A stretch of DNA of 54,091 nt from a virus (IMGVR_UViG_3300039008_000121:1-54091); one strand, 5' to 3'. Positions 41,701 to 50,032 are shown, counted from the stretch's first letter. Notes: generated by a model from the sequence alone, not told the origin. Made by a program: numbers and translations.

Positions 41701-44700
41701 GGAAGCGAATTGTTGTAACCATGGAACAAAACAATCTTTCTACCTAAATCTAAATGCTCCTGAATACGATCAGAGATCTTACCTGCTTTAATCGATTCAA
41801 TAAGCTGATTCATGTATAAGTAATTCCATTTCTTATTAACCTTTTCGGTCAATAATTTATACTTATTCCTAAATGCTTTATTATCCCAATTTCGGAACAA
41901 CAGTATTCCTTCATTAATCTGATTGCTCAATTCAGAATCAAGCAGAACAAATTCCCTCGAATAGTCAGCATCAACAACCAATTGACGACCCGTAACTACT
42001 CCTTCCTTAACCAATTTCTCAAAGAAGTTTCTTTCAAGCAAACTCTGATCAACATCACTTTCCGGAACGGTTACTTTATTGTATCTCATTCGATACCCAA
42101 AGTTTTCAGTTAGCATTTTTTCGAATCCAACTGGTTCGTTATAGGCTGCGTATGAATCACCTTTTAGTTCTAAACTCTCACTGATATCAAATAGGGTACC
42201 ATCACCATAAATCAGGTTTTTATGGTAGGCAAAAGGCGAAGCGGATAAAAACAATACTTTAGTTCTGTCATGCAACTCATTCACTCGCTCATTGTACTTT
42301 TTCTGCCAAATCTTATGTTTTTTCTCCCACTTGGCACGGTCTTTCTCGTACTTATCAAGCTCTTTCTTGTATTTGTCTTTCTGTTGTTGAGTGGCCCAAT
42401 TTCCAGGATCTTTAGGATCATTAGGCTTGATAGGCTCTGGTAATTCTTCCTTAACACGCAACCTTAAAGCACTTGGAAGATTAGAAACAGACCTATGCGC
42501 TTTCAAGTAGGCAGTTGCTTTACCTTGTTCATTCTGATTCAGATAATGGGATTCGTCATAAATAACCAAATCGAAATCACATTGCTGTAATGCTTCGTTT
42601 TGATAGAAATTTGCATAAGTGGTAACCACCTGATTTTCTCCTGCTGTCTTGGTATCCTTTAGCTGAGTAATATCCAATTCAAGATACGATCCATCATTAA
42701 TCCAATCCTTTGCTTTGGCATCAGTAGGAACAATAAAAAGAATATTTTTCTTGCCCTGCAAAACAAATCGCTTGGCAATTCCAAGACCTGTGAAGGTTTT
42801 ACCCGTACCAGTTCCATTGGTGAACAGTTTCCCTTTACCAGTATTCTCACCAGTAAAGAATCTTTGCTCAGCTCTTAAAACATCGCCTTGTTGTTCGGGA
42901 TATAATTGGGGTAGGGTAGCAGCAATATTATCAAGCTGCCCAAGTTTTACGCTCTTCGACTTGCTATCATCAATTCCAGATCTTTCAGGGATTGAACTGT
43001 CTTTAATGTTTCCTCCCTCGATAACCTCAGATCCTTCTGTGCTAGCAATGCTGTTTCCTCTGGCGTCAACACCTCTGGTAACTGATTCCTCAGCTGTGGT
43101 TGATTCGTTTGAGTTATGTAGTTGCTTATCGCTTGATTCTCCAGGTAAAGAGGAAAATAAATCGAGACTGCTCTGCCCACTTTCGGCATTTTGGTTTTCT
43201 CCTCGATCACTCTTCTTACTTCCGCTTCCAGTTTTTCCACTTCTTCCTCGTTCTCCTGAAACATCTTTTGAGTTGTTAGATACTTCATTTCCTGAGTTTC
43301 CGCTATCTTGTTCGCTATTTCCTGACTTATTAGATACATCTTGCTTATTTTTCTCTAAGTTATCACTTTTTTTCTTATCGTCAACAACTTCCTTTTTTAC
43401 CGATGATAACTCGGCAACAGGCTTACGCTTAGTTCCGATAGTCTTTTCTGATTGTTTCAGCCACTTCCTGAACTCATCGATATTCATTTCAGATAAAGCA
43501 CCTAAACCAGTCCAACCCTCAGTATAATTGGCAAGGTAATTCGATCTTGCTTGATCGGCATTGTTAAACCCTAGCATGACTTTATGCTCGTCAAAACTTC
43601 CATCTTCATTAACCTGATCAACGATGAATACCTTTTCCGATTGTGGATTTTCACCAATGAACACATCTACATGATCACCATCTTTACCTTTAGTGCGCTT
43701 GAAGTAACCATAGTGGTTATTCATTTCGATTTCCCACGATTGGCCGTTAGGATCTACGCCTGATCGTTTTCCTCCTTTCGGGTTCTCGATAGCAATATCT
43801 AAACCTTGAACAGTAACATGGCCCTTCTTGTAGTTTCCTGCCTCTTTCTGTTTTTCGGTTGGATTCTGTTCTACTTCTTTGGCTGCATTTTCAATTTCCT
43901 TGGCTTTTTCAAATGAATGAGCTGAGACTGTATCGTAAGAATCCATTTCTTTTGCAAGATCTTCCATACCCGGCAAATCTCTTGCACCATTATAGAACGA
44001 TTTCAAGTAAGGCTCAATTGCCTCACCCAAATCACTCACCATATTTTTAGAGAAGTCAGCAAATTTCCTCGCTCCGGATTCAATGTGATACATCGCCATT
44101 TGAGTACCGATAGAAAGCAACTCAGGATCGAAACCAGAATTTAAGTTATTCAGTTTCGACTTCATTCGTTCTCTCAGCTTAGTATACTGATCATTGGAGA
44201 TTAGCTTATTATTCTCACCGTATTTTTTGGACTCTTTCTGGCCTTTTGAAACCTCAGTATTTTCGGACTGTTTACTATTTTTAGTAAGCTTTTTGGTCTT
44301 TTTCTGGCCCTTTTCTGGCCCTTTACCATTTTTAGTAAGGTTTTCTTCTGATTCAGGTTGATATACATAACCTTCTGGAAGAGCAATAAATCTGGAAATC
44401 GATGTATTTTTATCTTCTTCATATCCATGATCCAACCTCCTTGCTTGACCAACACTATTTGAAGGAGAAACCTTTGTAACCTCATACGGTACACCTGTGA
44501 ACATATCATAGATCATATCTCCTTTTTTAAAGAGATCCAATCTTTTTACATCATACTTATCACTAAATACATTTGATCTTTGATAAGAATCAATAGGGCC
44601 TAATCCTTTGTCTCCTTCTGGATTATATATAGGCAAGCCATTCACATAAGTCTCAATCGGAATGTGAGGGTTTAGATTTTCAGGAATATTATCAGGATTA

Positions 44701-47528
44701 TCGATATTAGAAGACTCAGTAATCTCCTCAAGCGGATTTACTTCTTCTGCTCCTGATTCGCTTGATTCTTCTTGCGGATCTCGCTTAATTTCGCTTTCGC
44801 TAACAGCCTCTTGGCTTCCTTCACCATTTGTTTCTTCTGATCTGTCTTGTTCATTTAAGTATGATTTTATCAGGTTGATATCATCAGGAGTAAGAACCTC
44901 CGCAAATCCATCAACATTAGTAGCATTAAATCCATTTTCCAACCATTCTTGTAGATACTCATCCGATATATTTTCGGCAGCGGCTTGTTCCTGGTCTGAT
45001 AATTCGGTACCAATAATCCTATCGGCTTCATTCAAAGTTAATTTATTACCAGTAATATCTTCATATTTCTGAGCAATTTCATCGGTAAGAGTGTTCGCCT
45101 TTATTGATCTTGGACCGTTAGGGAACTTCTTCATAAACTCAATGATATTATCTTCTGTAATTTCAACGCCTGCAGTAGTTGATATTTCTTGAGCTGCATC
45201 ATCAATTTGCTGACCATCTTGAGCGAAGTAATTCAATTGTATTTGTTTAGCACCTTCCAAGTGGTTCAAATCTCCAAATCTTTCAAAACCATCTTTGCGA
45301 ATACGGCCTAGATGCTCTCGAATCATTTCTTCCTCATAAGTTAGTTCAGGAATCTTGGCTTGTTCTTCCAGGTATGCAAGAGCTAATTCCGTAGGATTCT
45401 GACTTGTTTCCAATACAGCCTGATTAACCTGATCAGGATTCATACCATCCGAAAGTTCTGCCATTGGTAAACTCTGATTGAGTTGGTTAAGTCTATCCTG
45501 AATCAACTCACTCATAGCATCGTCGTTCTCGACTTTGATACCGTTCAATTGTTTTGGACTTTTAACAAATTGAAGGAAACCTTCTAATTCCTCTCTATCC
45601 ACCTGATCCTTACCAATGGAATAAGAAGACTCCTTAACCGGAAACTTACTACTAACTAAATTACTCAGCTCATCATCATTCTGAATTGCCAACCCACTAA
45701 TATCTTCTATATTCTCAGCAGCACGAATTAAACCTTTTGCCTGACCTCGGGAAATTGGTTCGCCATTCATTAAATAGGTTGGTTCCGTACTCTCCTGAAC
45801 TTCCACTTGCTTCGGCTTGCCACTTACTCGATATTCATCTTCTGTCAATACATCGCCCGAATCTTTCATGTCAACCTGCCAATCTGCTTTAGGAAATCGC
45901 TTTTCCAAATCCTTACGAACCTTTTCCGCTTCTTGTTGAGTAGAATAAACCTGATCTAATTCGATACCACCATCCTCCGATTCATTAACAGGAATCTCAG
46001 ATTTATTCACTGTAATCTTTCTTCGATCATCCTGAACCTGTTCAGCTTGCTCAGTCGCTTCTTCATTAACTGGTGCTTGCTCCACTCTTTGTAGAGTTGG
46101 AACATCAGCAGCAGGAACTTGAATAGATCCGTTTTCTGTTTCCAGGACTAACGAACCATCCTCAGCAATATCACTCACCACTCCAACCTGATCACCATAT
46201 TGAAAAGTCTCATCGAACTGTGGTAATTGATCTCCGGCTAACTCAACCGGTTCTTGTTCGTTCCCTGAGAACTCCTGATCAATCTGAGAATTCTTACCAT
46301 TCAGATAATCATCAGCGTTCATTACATTGCCGATCTCGATATCATTAACCGAAACTGATCTGCGATTCTCACCGTTTGCATCCGAAACAATCAACATACC
46401 ATCACCATCATCTAAATCACCATTGATAACAAATACATTGCTTCCATCCTTATCCAATCCACCTACCAAATTTCCACTTGGATGAGTAACGGCCTTAATC
46501 TTTTTTTGCGCTTTTTTCTTTTGAACACTATTAATTACCTTACTGGAAACATTGACAGGAGTTGAAACGGCTGAACCTGCACCAACGCCTATAAGAAATG
46601 CATCCATTGTTCCATCCATCACGTTACGTTCTGAATCTACTCCTGTATATTTATCAGTTAAGTTTTGAGAAAATTGAGTGGCACTCTCCTCAATCCCTTC
46701 GTGAATAGCAGTAGTGATTGGGTGTAATTTTTGAAGTCTACTCTCTACTGTTTTTATAAATCCATTTTTAGTAACCTTTTCAAAATTTTCCTTTCCAATC
46801 TTTTCAAGTAAATCCTTACTGAATGAACCTAGTTTAACAGTACCCATTTGTTCAAATGCACCCTCAGCCAAACCAGTCAATAGGGAATTGTAAGTCTTAG
46901 TAAATTCACTCAGATTCTTCGATTCATCCTCCTCGCTTAATTCGTCAAGCTCATTCTTCTTTAAACTACCTGAATAGGCTGTCATTGGTGCAATCATATT
47001 TACCTCTGCTGCACCTCCTGCCATTAATCCAACCATCAACGGCAATGTTTCAGCAACAGATAACGTCAAAACTTTTCCAGCATTAACAAAATCTTTGTTT
47101 CCTATATACTCGGTGATACTTTTATCATATTGCTTAGTTGATTCGTTATTGATTTCAGTAAGTTTATTGTAATATGAAGACAATCCCGCAGGGTCTTTTA
47201 GCCATTCGGGTGAAGATGCAGCTAATCCAGGTAAATTAAATTTCTCAGCAACATAGTTTTGAGGCATAGCAAATACGTCATAAACAAACGAAGGCATTCT
47301 GGCCATACCTTCACCCAAAGATGAACTTCCTGCTTTTAATTTATCGTAAACCTGCTTCCCAAAACTAGTATTTTCTTTAGGCTTATCTTCCCCTGAATTT
47401 TTGTCTGACTCTAAGTCTTTCATGTAACTATCATATGCTTGTATAGCCGGATCAGGTTGCCTATCAGCATTTATATAAGGACTAAATATCTGATTTAGTT
47501 TTTCTGAATCGTATTTCTTTTCTGTCAT
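35754..47528 (-). CDS. Giant 3,924-aa polyvalent protein: pyrophosphatase-like domain, SF2 helicase, N6-adenine MTase, HExxH module and a TM-containing C-terminal region
   Basis: A single uninterrupted ORF. Motif positions were checked against the nucleotide sequence: DGDHVDVF 43659..43682, GTGTGKT 42795..42815, DESH 42546..42557, QTEGRIYRLG 41274..41303, EPSAGHG 40863..40883, NPPF 40695..40706, HEVVAH 39711..39728. Confidence 0.85.
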   Translation of the reverse strand: MTEKKYDSEKLNQIFSPYINADRQPDPAIQAYDSYMKDLESDKNSGEDKPKENTSFGKQVYDKLKAGSSSLGEGMARMPSFVYDVFAMPQNYVAEKFNLPGLAASSPEWLKDPAGLSSYYNKLTEINNESTKQYDKSITEYIGNKDFVNAGKVLTLSVAETLPLMVGLMAGGAAEVNMIAPMTAYSGSLKKNELDELSEEDESKNLSEFTKTYNSLLTGLAEGAFEQMGTVKLGSFSKDLLEKIGKENFEKVTKNGFIKTVESRLQKLHPITTAIHEGIEESATQFSQNLTDKYTGVDSERNVMDGTMDAFLIGVGAGSAVSTPVNVSSKVINSVQKKKAQKKIKAVTHPSGNLVGGLDKDGSNVFVINGDLDDGDGMLIVSDANGENRRSVSVNDIEIGNVMNADDYLNGKNSQIDQEFSGNEQEPVELAGDQLPQFDETFQYGDQVGVVSDIAEDGSLVLETENGSIQVPAADVPTLQRVEQAPVNEEATEQAEQVQDDRRKITVNKSEIPVNESEDGGIELDQVYSTQQEAEKVRKDLEKRFPKADWQVDMKDSGDVLTEDEYRVSGKPKQVEVQESTEPTYLMNGEPISRGQAKGLIRAAENIEDISGLAIQNDDELSNLVSSKFPVKESSYSIGKDQVDREELEGFLQFVKSPKQLNGIKVENDDAMSELIQDRLNQLNQSLPMAELSDGMNPDQVNQAVLETSQNPTELALAYLEEQAKIPELTYEEEMIREHLGRIRKDGFERFGDLNHLEGAKQIQLNYFAQDGQQIDDAAQEISTTAGVEITEDNIIEFMKKFPNGPRSIKANTLTDEIAQKYEDITGNKLTLNEADRIIGTELSDQEQAAAENISDEYLQEWLENGFNATNVDGFAEVLTPDDINLIKSYLNEQDRSEETNGEGSQEAVSESEIKRDPQEESSESGAEEVNPLEEITESSNIDNPDNIPENLNPHIPIETYVNGLPIYNPEGDKGLGPIDSYQRSNVFSDKYDVKRLDLFKKGDMIYDMFTGVPYEVTKVSPSNSVGQARRLDHGYEEDKNTSISRFIALPEGYVYQPESEENLTKNGKGPEKGQKKTKKLTKNSKQSENTEVSKGQKESKKYGENNKLISNDQYTKLRERMKSKLNNLNSGFDPELLSIGTQMAMYHIESGARKFADFSKNMVSDLGEAIEPYLKSFYNGARDLPGMEDLAKEMDSYDTVSAHSFEKAKEIENAAKEVEQNPTEKQKEAGNYKKGHVTVQGLDIAIENPKGGKRSGVDPNGQSWEIEMNNHYGYFKRTKGKDGDHVDVFIGENPQSEKVFIVDQVNEDGSFDEHKVMLGFNNADQARSNYLANYTEGWTGLGALSEMNIDEFRKWLKQSEKTIGTKRKPVAELSSVKKEVVDDKKKSDNLEKNKQDVSNKSGNSEQDSGNSGNEVSNNSKDVSGERGRSGKTGSGSKKSDRGENQNAESGQSSLDLFSSLPGESSDKQLHNSNESTTAEESVTRGVDARGNSIASTEGSEVIEGGNIKDSSIPERSGIDDSKSKSVKLGQLDNIAATLPQLYPEQQGDVLRAEQRFFTGENTGKGKLFTNGTGTGKTFTGLGIAKRFVLQGKKNILFIVPTDAKAKDWINDGSYLELDITQLKDTKTAGENQVVTTYANFYQNEALQQCDFDLVIYDESHYLNQNEQGKATAYLKAHRSVSNLPSALRLRVKEELPEPIKPNDPKDPGNWATQQQKDKYKKELDKYEKDRAKWEKKHKIWQKKYNERVNELHDRTKVLFLSASPFAYHKNLIYGDGTLFDISESLELKGDSYAAYNEPVGFEKMLTENFGYRMRYNKVTVPESDVDQSLLERNFFEKLVKEGVVTGRQLVVDADYSREFVLLDSELSNQINEGILLFRNWDNKAFRNKYKLLTEKVNKKWNYLYMNQLIESIKAGKISDRIQEHLDLGRKIVLFHGYNNSLPSHPFRFNIENDKMLSPMEMVGDPALATSLQAEIDMFESEYPELVNMDLGELVNPRSAIVEQFGEQAREFNGTISKKKRFNYIKEFNDPKSGIDIMIVQRKAGKEGISLHDIEGNTQRVLIDLGLPTAPTDAIQTEGRIYRLGSESDAIFEYPVLHTDFEKHAFAEKVATRAKTAENLAMGNRARDLETAFKEGYQNAIDDAPNKEQGKGGKEFDTQVLETSEFDQAKTYYFARGKKTAKNKSREGTDYFATPEPVGLKVVEWLGLQPNESALEPSAGHGAIARFFPGDTKNIFVEPSYTLSSQLSINASGTIKQQQFEDFNVINKFDGIAMNPPFGSSGKTAMEHVEKAFNHLREGGRVVAIVPNGPSMQKRLEKFLYGENDKGKPNNSDAHLIAEVVLPQVTFERAGTKVGTKVIVIDKASNPIDVQPTRRIELDRIDNIGELFDQIEYLSLPERTKSIPTQVKKVQEQAVPVEETNSELLAPAQDYTNTKTKEELKLVKFNGRVEKDTYQATKSIANNNNGFYSRFAKGFLFKTGEDADKFRSDVAANTDLKFKQSNKILPSDYKHPIDYLNAVQSEIRRHDKEISETVNELAKELNSKIVAVSTEAGLPQYIQNKIAKLDLEGRVQGVFDPQSKTSYIIGSNIMDGAEARRVVLHEVVAHRGLRVALGDRFGEVLDLVYKGMNQSDIDRLAETYGNDYYEIAEEYIAEMAELDQSPTLLDKVIAKIRELIRKVYKLSYSDSEIRKLLAESKERLKAEPNPNDYTNANDFLDDMSVYNEPRLSLKTPGKIELLSKPNVAIVDVVADSFKTIQEAKDWARENLQGNSYVNADSGFEIRVGRKSLMKVFSGKAISKSENNQSHIDLVKSIPELIKESVLAESHEGQKAEKDFNLNAIHRFYVPIRHNGELKRVKITIKDVRNDGKKYYTHEVQKIELEAARPTDMAPNPGYQQKADTYQYSTTESNSIPVAKLLKGERNSKGELFVDDSDVRFKLKSKNQSGKMINSKGEQARENFQDQMLSVRNIQEKVIEGGGNVDDFSNPYVEENLSSSKSKAQIDDYTTKFFEPLQKAVSKLMDYANPEQIQAYMKAKHAPERNAHIRMKKTMSDPSVVSLAKNVRNLKKQYNKALEEYGAGEEVDIAEANLSDANEKYDQKVKDVFEQHMQADEKYSGMTDQEAQEAIDQFEKDIPESEINELWSQIKRNTSFTTERWFKDGFLSKDQYQSYQEMFDFYVPLRGWKGSEDMDAMFDYQNNSTGGAYNLVKKAEGRESEADDPLAYMASMAHTAIAAGNKNRIKQNALRMVKNNQNRADLFNLKKVYLVKVGEDADGNEVWEETLEKPDQEKWANGEADVVMKNKDQRRVARPLASEHEVEAFFNGTKMVGNFTDPNVANAVNKTNIKETTKAATQLAQSTIGQATHWLAQNFTSKNPAFIPINFIRDMGYSIPAHLIKHGSKSAALFAKNLPVAMGAIDRHLRGTADMNSEIDKLYHQFMIGGGETGFVHLYDIKDLKKGIEKDLKRLYGTNSKWDQMTQGRLIKGSGKLLEYMALQSENMARFSTYLAAIQQGKSSKEAAYQAKEITVNFNRKGKLTSLLGSLFAFFNATVQGSQNALSMAKRHKGKMLAVSTGFAVLGALSSAIARAFGGQDEDGEYYYDQLSDYQKYNNLVLPNFWGSENKFVTIPMPHFFRSFSGLGVIANEILNDRKSATDGFYAAMGNFADALSPINTSSITNKKGELSWRPAVPTVLVPIFDVKVNENFYGGPVFKEAFSKNMEGRKPESQMGLRSTNGFLTDLAEWLNEVGGGDHLRPAGVELKDGELVNNPAKNWLFDWNPSKAEHYLEYFAGGRGKFFNNVVKTANSVLDSEEEIKTSNVPVFRRLYQSSYKKGVYEDYFKLKDEFDQYDYYYKQYRNSGELDKLFKMIGDTEQLRRVKTFGQYQKQINRLNDRMKNIEDKETISELTGLKNKLMKDAVEAVSRGD

Positions 47529-47537
47529 ACCTAGTCA

Positions 47538-48944
47538 TTAAAATAATTGATCAGTAAGATTTTGAATGTCCGTTTCTGGCATTCCTACTCTCTTTAAATA
47601 CCCCTCAATAACTAACCTTTTTTGAGCTAGAGGAACACGGGTTTCATCTGTCTGCATAATCGATTCGATTTTCTTCATGTCGATATCATATGTAGGAGCC
47701 TTTTGAGACACTTGGCCATCTTTAGAGGTATAATATTTGTCATGATAATCGGCTACCAGAATATTAAGAGCATTCTTAGCATTCTCATCACCCATCGCCA
47801 AGGAAAGAACATCGATCTTTTTACTCAGATCTTCATCATTCTTGATTTTGGTAACGATATCCCAATACACACCTTGTGGCAATTTGGTAAGTTTCCCATC
47901 GGAACCCATAACTTCTAATCGATCATCCTTACCTTTAGACTTATTCATATTAGCAAAGAACCTCGACCACTGATCTTGCCTGCGTTGCTGATTCAAGTCG
48001 AATGTCAAACCACGTTGTTTAAGCGATTCAGAAGTTGCAAACTCACGCTGAAATTGTGCCATATCCCTCTGATTCTTGATCTGCTTATCCATCCGCTTAT
48101 CTGCATTTCGTTGAGACTTGTCGAATCGTTCATCTGACAAAGCATAGGTTAACGCCGTTCGTTTATCTTCTCTATTAGTTGCAATCTGACGAATCTTATT
48201 TTGCAACTCCACCATCTTGTATTGCTCCTTATCGTTATGGTACTTATCACGCATCTTGTCAAGTTCATCCAAAGTCTTAGCGATATATGGATTGTCAGAT
48301 CTTTTCTGAATGATTGCACCTTTCGAAGCTCCAACCCCTTCGGCAAGCAATTTGAAAGCATCACCCAAAGCCTGATATTTAGCTCTGGTTTGTAATCGCT
48401 TTTCCTTATCCTTATCGTAAGCAGGGGCCATACCTTCCATCAATCCTGCAAATGGCTTATCACTACCAATAAGATCCATAAACTTTTGATATCGTTCCTC
48501 GGTAGTTGATAGAGGCTTATTTTCTTCTTCCTTGAATTCAGGTGCTTTTACATCGGTCTTGTTTCTCCAATTGCCAGTATTGGCATCGTTTTTTTCAGGA
48601 AGAACAGCAGGAATCGATTGAGTACCACCAACTGTAACACCTTCCGATTGAGTCCGATTATTCGGATCAACAATAGGCCTTTCTGGTTTTTCAGTTTTTC
48701 CCTGTAATTCAGTATTTTTCCCACTAACAGGAAAAACAGGAACATTCCTATCGGTAGTTTTTCTAATTCTTTCTTCTTCTACTTTCGGCCTATTGTCACC
48801 ATTTTTCCCACTAACAGGAAAAACAGGAACATTCCTATCGGTAGTTTTTCTAATTCTTTCTTCTTCTACTTTCGGCCTATTGTCACCATTCTCAAAGAAA
48901 TCATCGAATGAAAAATCAGCCTGCACTGCTTGTTTCTCTGTCAT
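47538..48944 (-). CDS. Internal virion/ejection protein candidate, 468 aa (start moved to MTEKQ)
   Basis: The Met at 48944 overlaps the upstream stop (TAATG). The protein contains a perfect 29-aa duplication, and the rest is K/R/Q/D-rich and helical. Confidence 0.5.
   Translation of the reverse strand: MTEKQAVQADFSFDDFFENGDNRPKVEEERIRKTTDRNVPVFPVSGKNGDNRPKVEEERIRKTTDRNVPVFPVSGKNTELQGKTEKPERPIVDPNNRTQSEGVTVGGTQSIPAVLPEKNDANTGNWRNKTDVKAPEFKEEENKPLSTTEERYQKFMDLIGSDKPFAGLMEGMAPAYDKDKEKRLQTRAKYQALGDAFKLLAEGVGASKGAIIQKRSDNPYIAKTLDELDKMRDKYHNDKEQYKMVELQNKIRQIATNREDKRTALTYALSDERFDKSQRNADKRMDKQIKNQRDMAQFQREFATSESLKQRGLTFDLNQQRRQDQWSRFFANMNKSKGKDDRLEVMGSDGKLTKLPQGVYWDIVTKIKNDEDLSKKIDVLSLAMGDENAKNALNILVADYHDKYYTSKDGQVSQKAPTYDIDMKKIESIMQTDETRVPLAQKRLVIEGYLKRVGMPETDIQNLTDQLF
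48714..48887. repeat. Perfect 2 x 87-bp tandem duplication within the CDS
   Basis: 48714..48800 equals 48801..48887. It encodes GDNRPKVEEERIRKTTDRNVPVFPVSGKN twice. Confidence 0.9.
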
Positions 48945-49444
48945 TACGCACCTCCCAACATGTTTAAACTGCTCGAAACACCCTTCATCGCATTCGATGC
49001 GAAATTGCCCCAACTATTAGCAACCTGCGATTGCATGTTGTTTATTTGGGTATCATACCCCATTTTTCTATTCATGTAGCCATTCTTAATATTCTGCTTG
49101 TATTGAGTAGCGTAACCACCCAATTTATTGACCGAATCAGAAAATACATTCTGATTTTTTTCCTTAACCGCTATAGTCGCTTCGGGTGTCGATCCGGTTA
49201 CTACGGCTGTATTATCAGCCTTTTTATTATCCTTGTCAAGTCGATCATTCAAAGTTTTAATAACCGATCTTGCTTGTTCAGAATCAAAAAAATCCTTGTA
49301 ATAATCAGAATTGAACATCTGTTTATTATCTTCAGCCTGCCTTTGAATCATACGATTTAACCTCTTTTGCGCCTGACCTTGTTTTATCATTCCGAAAATA
49401 GTACCAGCTGCACTAACACCTGCTCCAATTGCTCCTGCCGACAT
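48944..49444 (-). CDS. Glycine-zipper small protein, first gene of the portal/giant-gene operon
   Basis: The N-terminus is MSAGAIGAGVSAAGTIFGMI. 166 aa. Confidence 0.5.
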   Translation of the reverse strand: MSAGAIGAGVSAAGTIFGMIKQGQAQKRLNRMIQRQAEDNKQMFNSDYYKDFFDSEQARSVIKTLNDRLDKDNKKADNTAVVTGSTPEATIAVKEKNQNVFSDSVNKLGGYATQYKQNIKNGYMNRKMGYDTQINNMQSQVANSWGNFASNAMKGVSSSLNMLGGA

Positions 49445-49500
49445 ATCTGTTTGTTTTATGTGTTTTATTCAAAAATACCTAACAGTCAGAGCAAGGAGGC

Positions 49501-49533
49501 GTTATAATAAACGGAAAACCGTTTAAAATAAAC
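49501..49533. promoter_or_regulatory. Dual-palindrome operator-like element (GTTATAATAAAC-N8-GTTTAAAATAAAC)
   Basis: Inverted counterpart of 29269..29301, with an identical 13-mer GTTTAAAATAAAC. Confidence 0.5.
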
Positions 49534-49555
49534 AGAAAACAGAGCATCTACATTC

Positions 49556-49563
49556 TACCTTTG
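49556..49563 (+). promoter_or_regulatory. -7 promoter box TACCTTTG (exact TAnnTTTG)
   Basis: It ends 4 nt before the ATG at 49568, which implies a leaderless or near-leaderless transcript if the box is used. Confidence 0.4.
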
Positions 49564-49567
49564 AAAT

Positions 49568-50032
49568 ATGGCAGGAAAACAGAAATATACGCCCGAAGAG
49601 ATTTCGAATGTTCTCAGAATAATGGATGAGAATAACGGTAGCGTTATGGCTGCTCATCGAAAGACAGGAATAAGTAGGGCCACATTAACAAGATGGAAGG
49701 AAAAACACTATCAGGGCATAGCTATTCGAGCAAACAAAAGAGTAGAGGAGAAAATCACTAAAACATACGAGAATATACATGAAGCGGTACTGATAGAAGA
49801 AGGAAAGCTTGAAAAAAGAGCAATCAAGGCAAAGGAGGCCATCATTAATCGCATCATAGAATTAGTGCCAAACGAAAAGAATATCGATCGCTTAAGCAAT
49901 GCCCTCAAAACTATGCACACCATTGCCACTGGTGAAGATCCTGACAAACCCAAAGGAGGCGGTAATACCTTAAACATATATCAAGAAGTCCAACAATTAT
50001 TAATACAGCAGAATGGAAACAGCAAGGATTGA
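49568..50032 (+). CDS. HTH protein (small-terminase-like or late regulator)
   Basis: 154 aa. The N-terminus has an HTH segment NNGSVMAAHRKTGISRATLTRWKEKH. Confidence 0.5.
   Translation: MAGKQKYTPEEISNVLRIMDENNGSVMAAHRKTGISRATLTRWKEKHYQGIAIRANKRVEEKITKTYENIHEAVLIEEGKLEKRAIKAKEAIINRIIELVPNEKNIDRLSNALKTMHTIATGEDPDKPKGGGNTLNIYQEVQQLLIQQNGNSKD

Noticed and set aside
42715-43527. A 270-aa plus-strand ORF, with many other 60-180-aa ORFs antisense to the giant gene (for example 36051..36485, 37437..37868, 40934..41341)
   Set aside because: These are shadow ORFs inside a much longer ORF carrying verified motifs. They have low-complexity S/L/F/P-rich composition and no independent start context.
35754-47528. 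The giant ORF as a tape-measure protein of a long-tailed phage
   Set aside because: It carries enzymatic motifs (Walker A/DESH helicase, NPPF methylase, HExxH, PPase-like). There are no tail tube, sheath or assembly-chaperone genes nearby. It is adjacent to the portal, not to tail genes.
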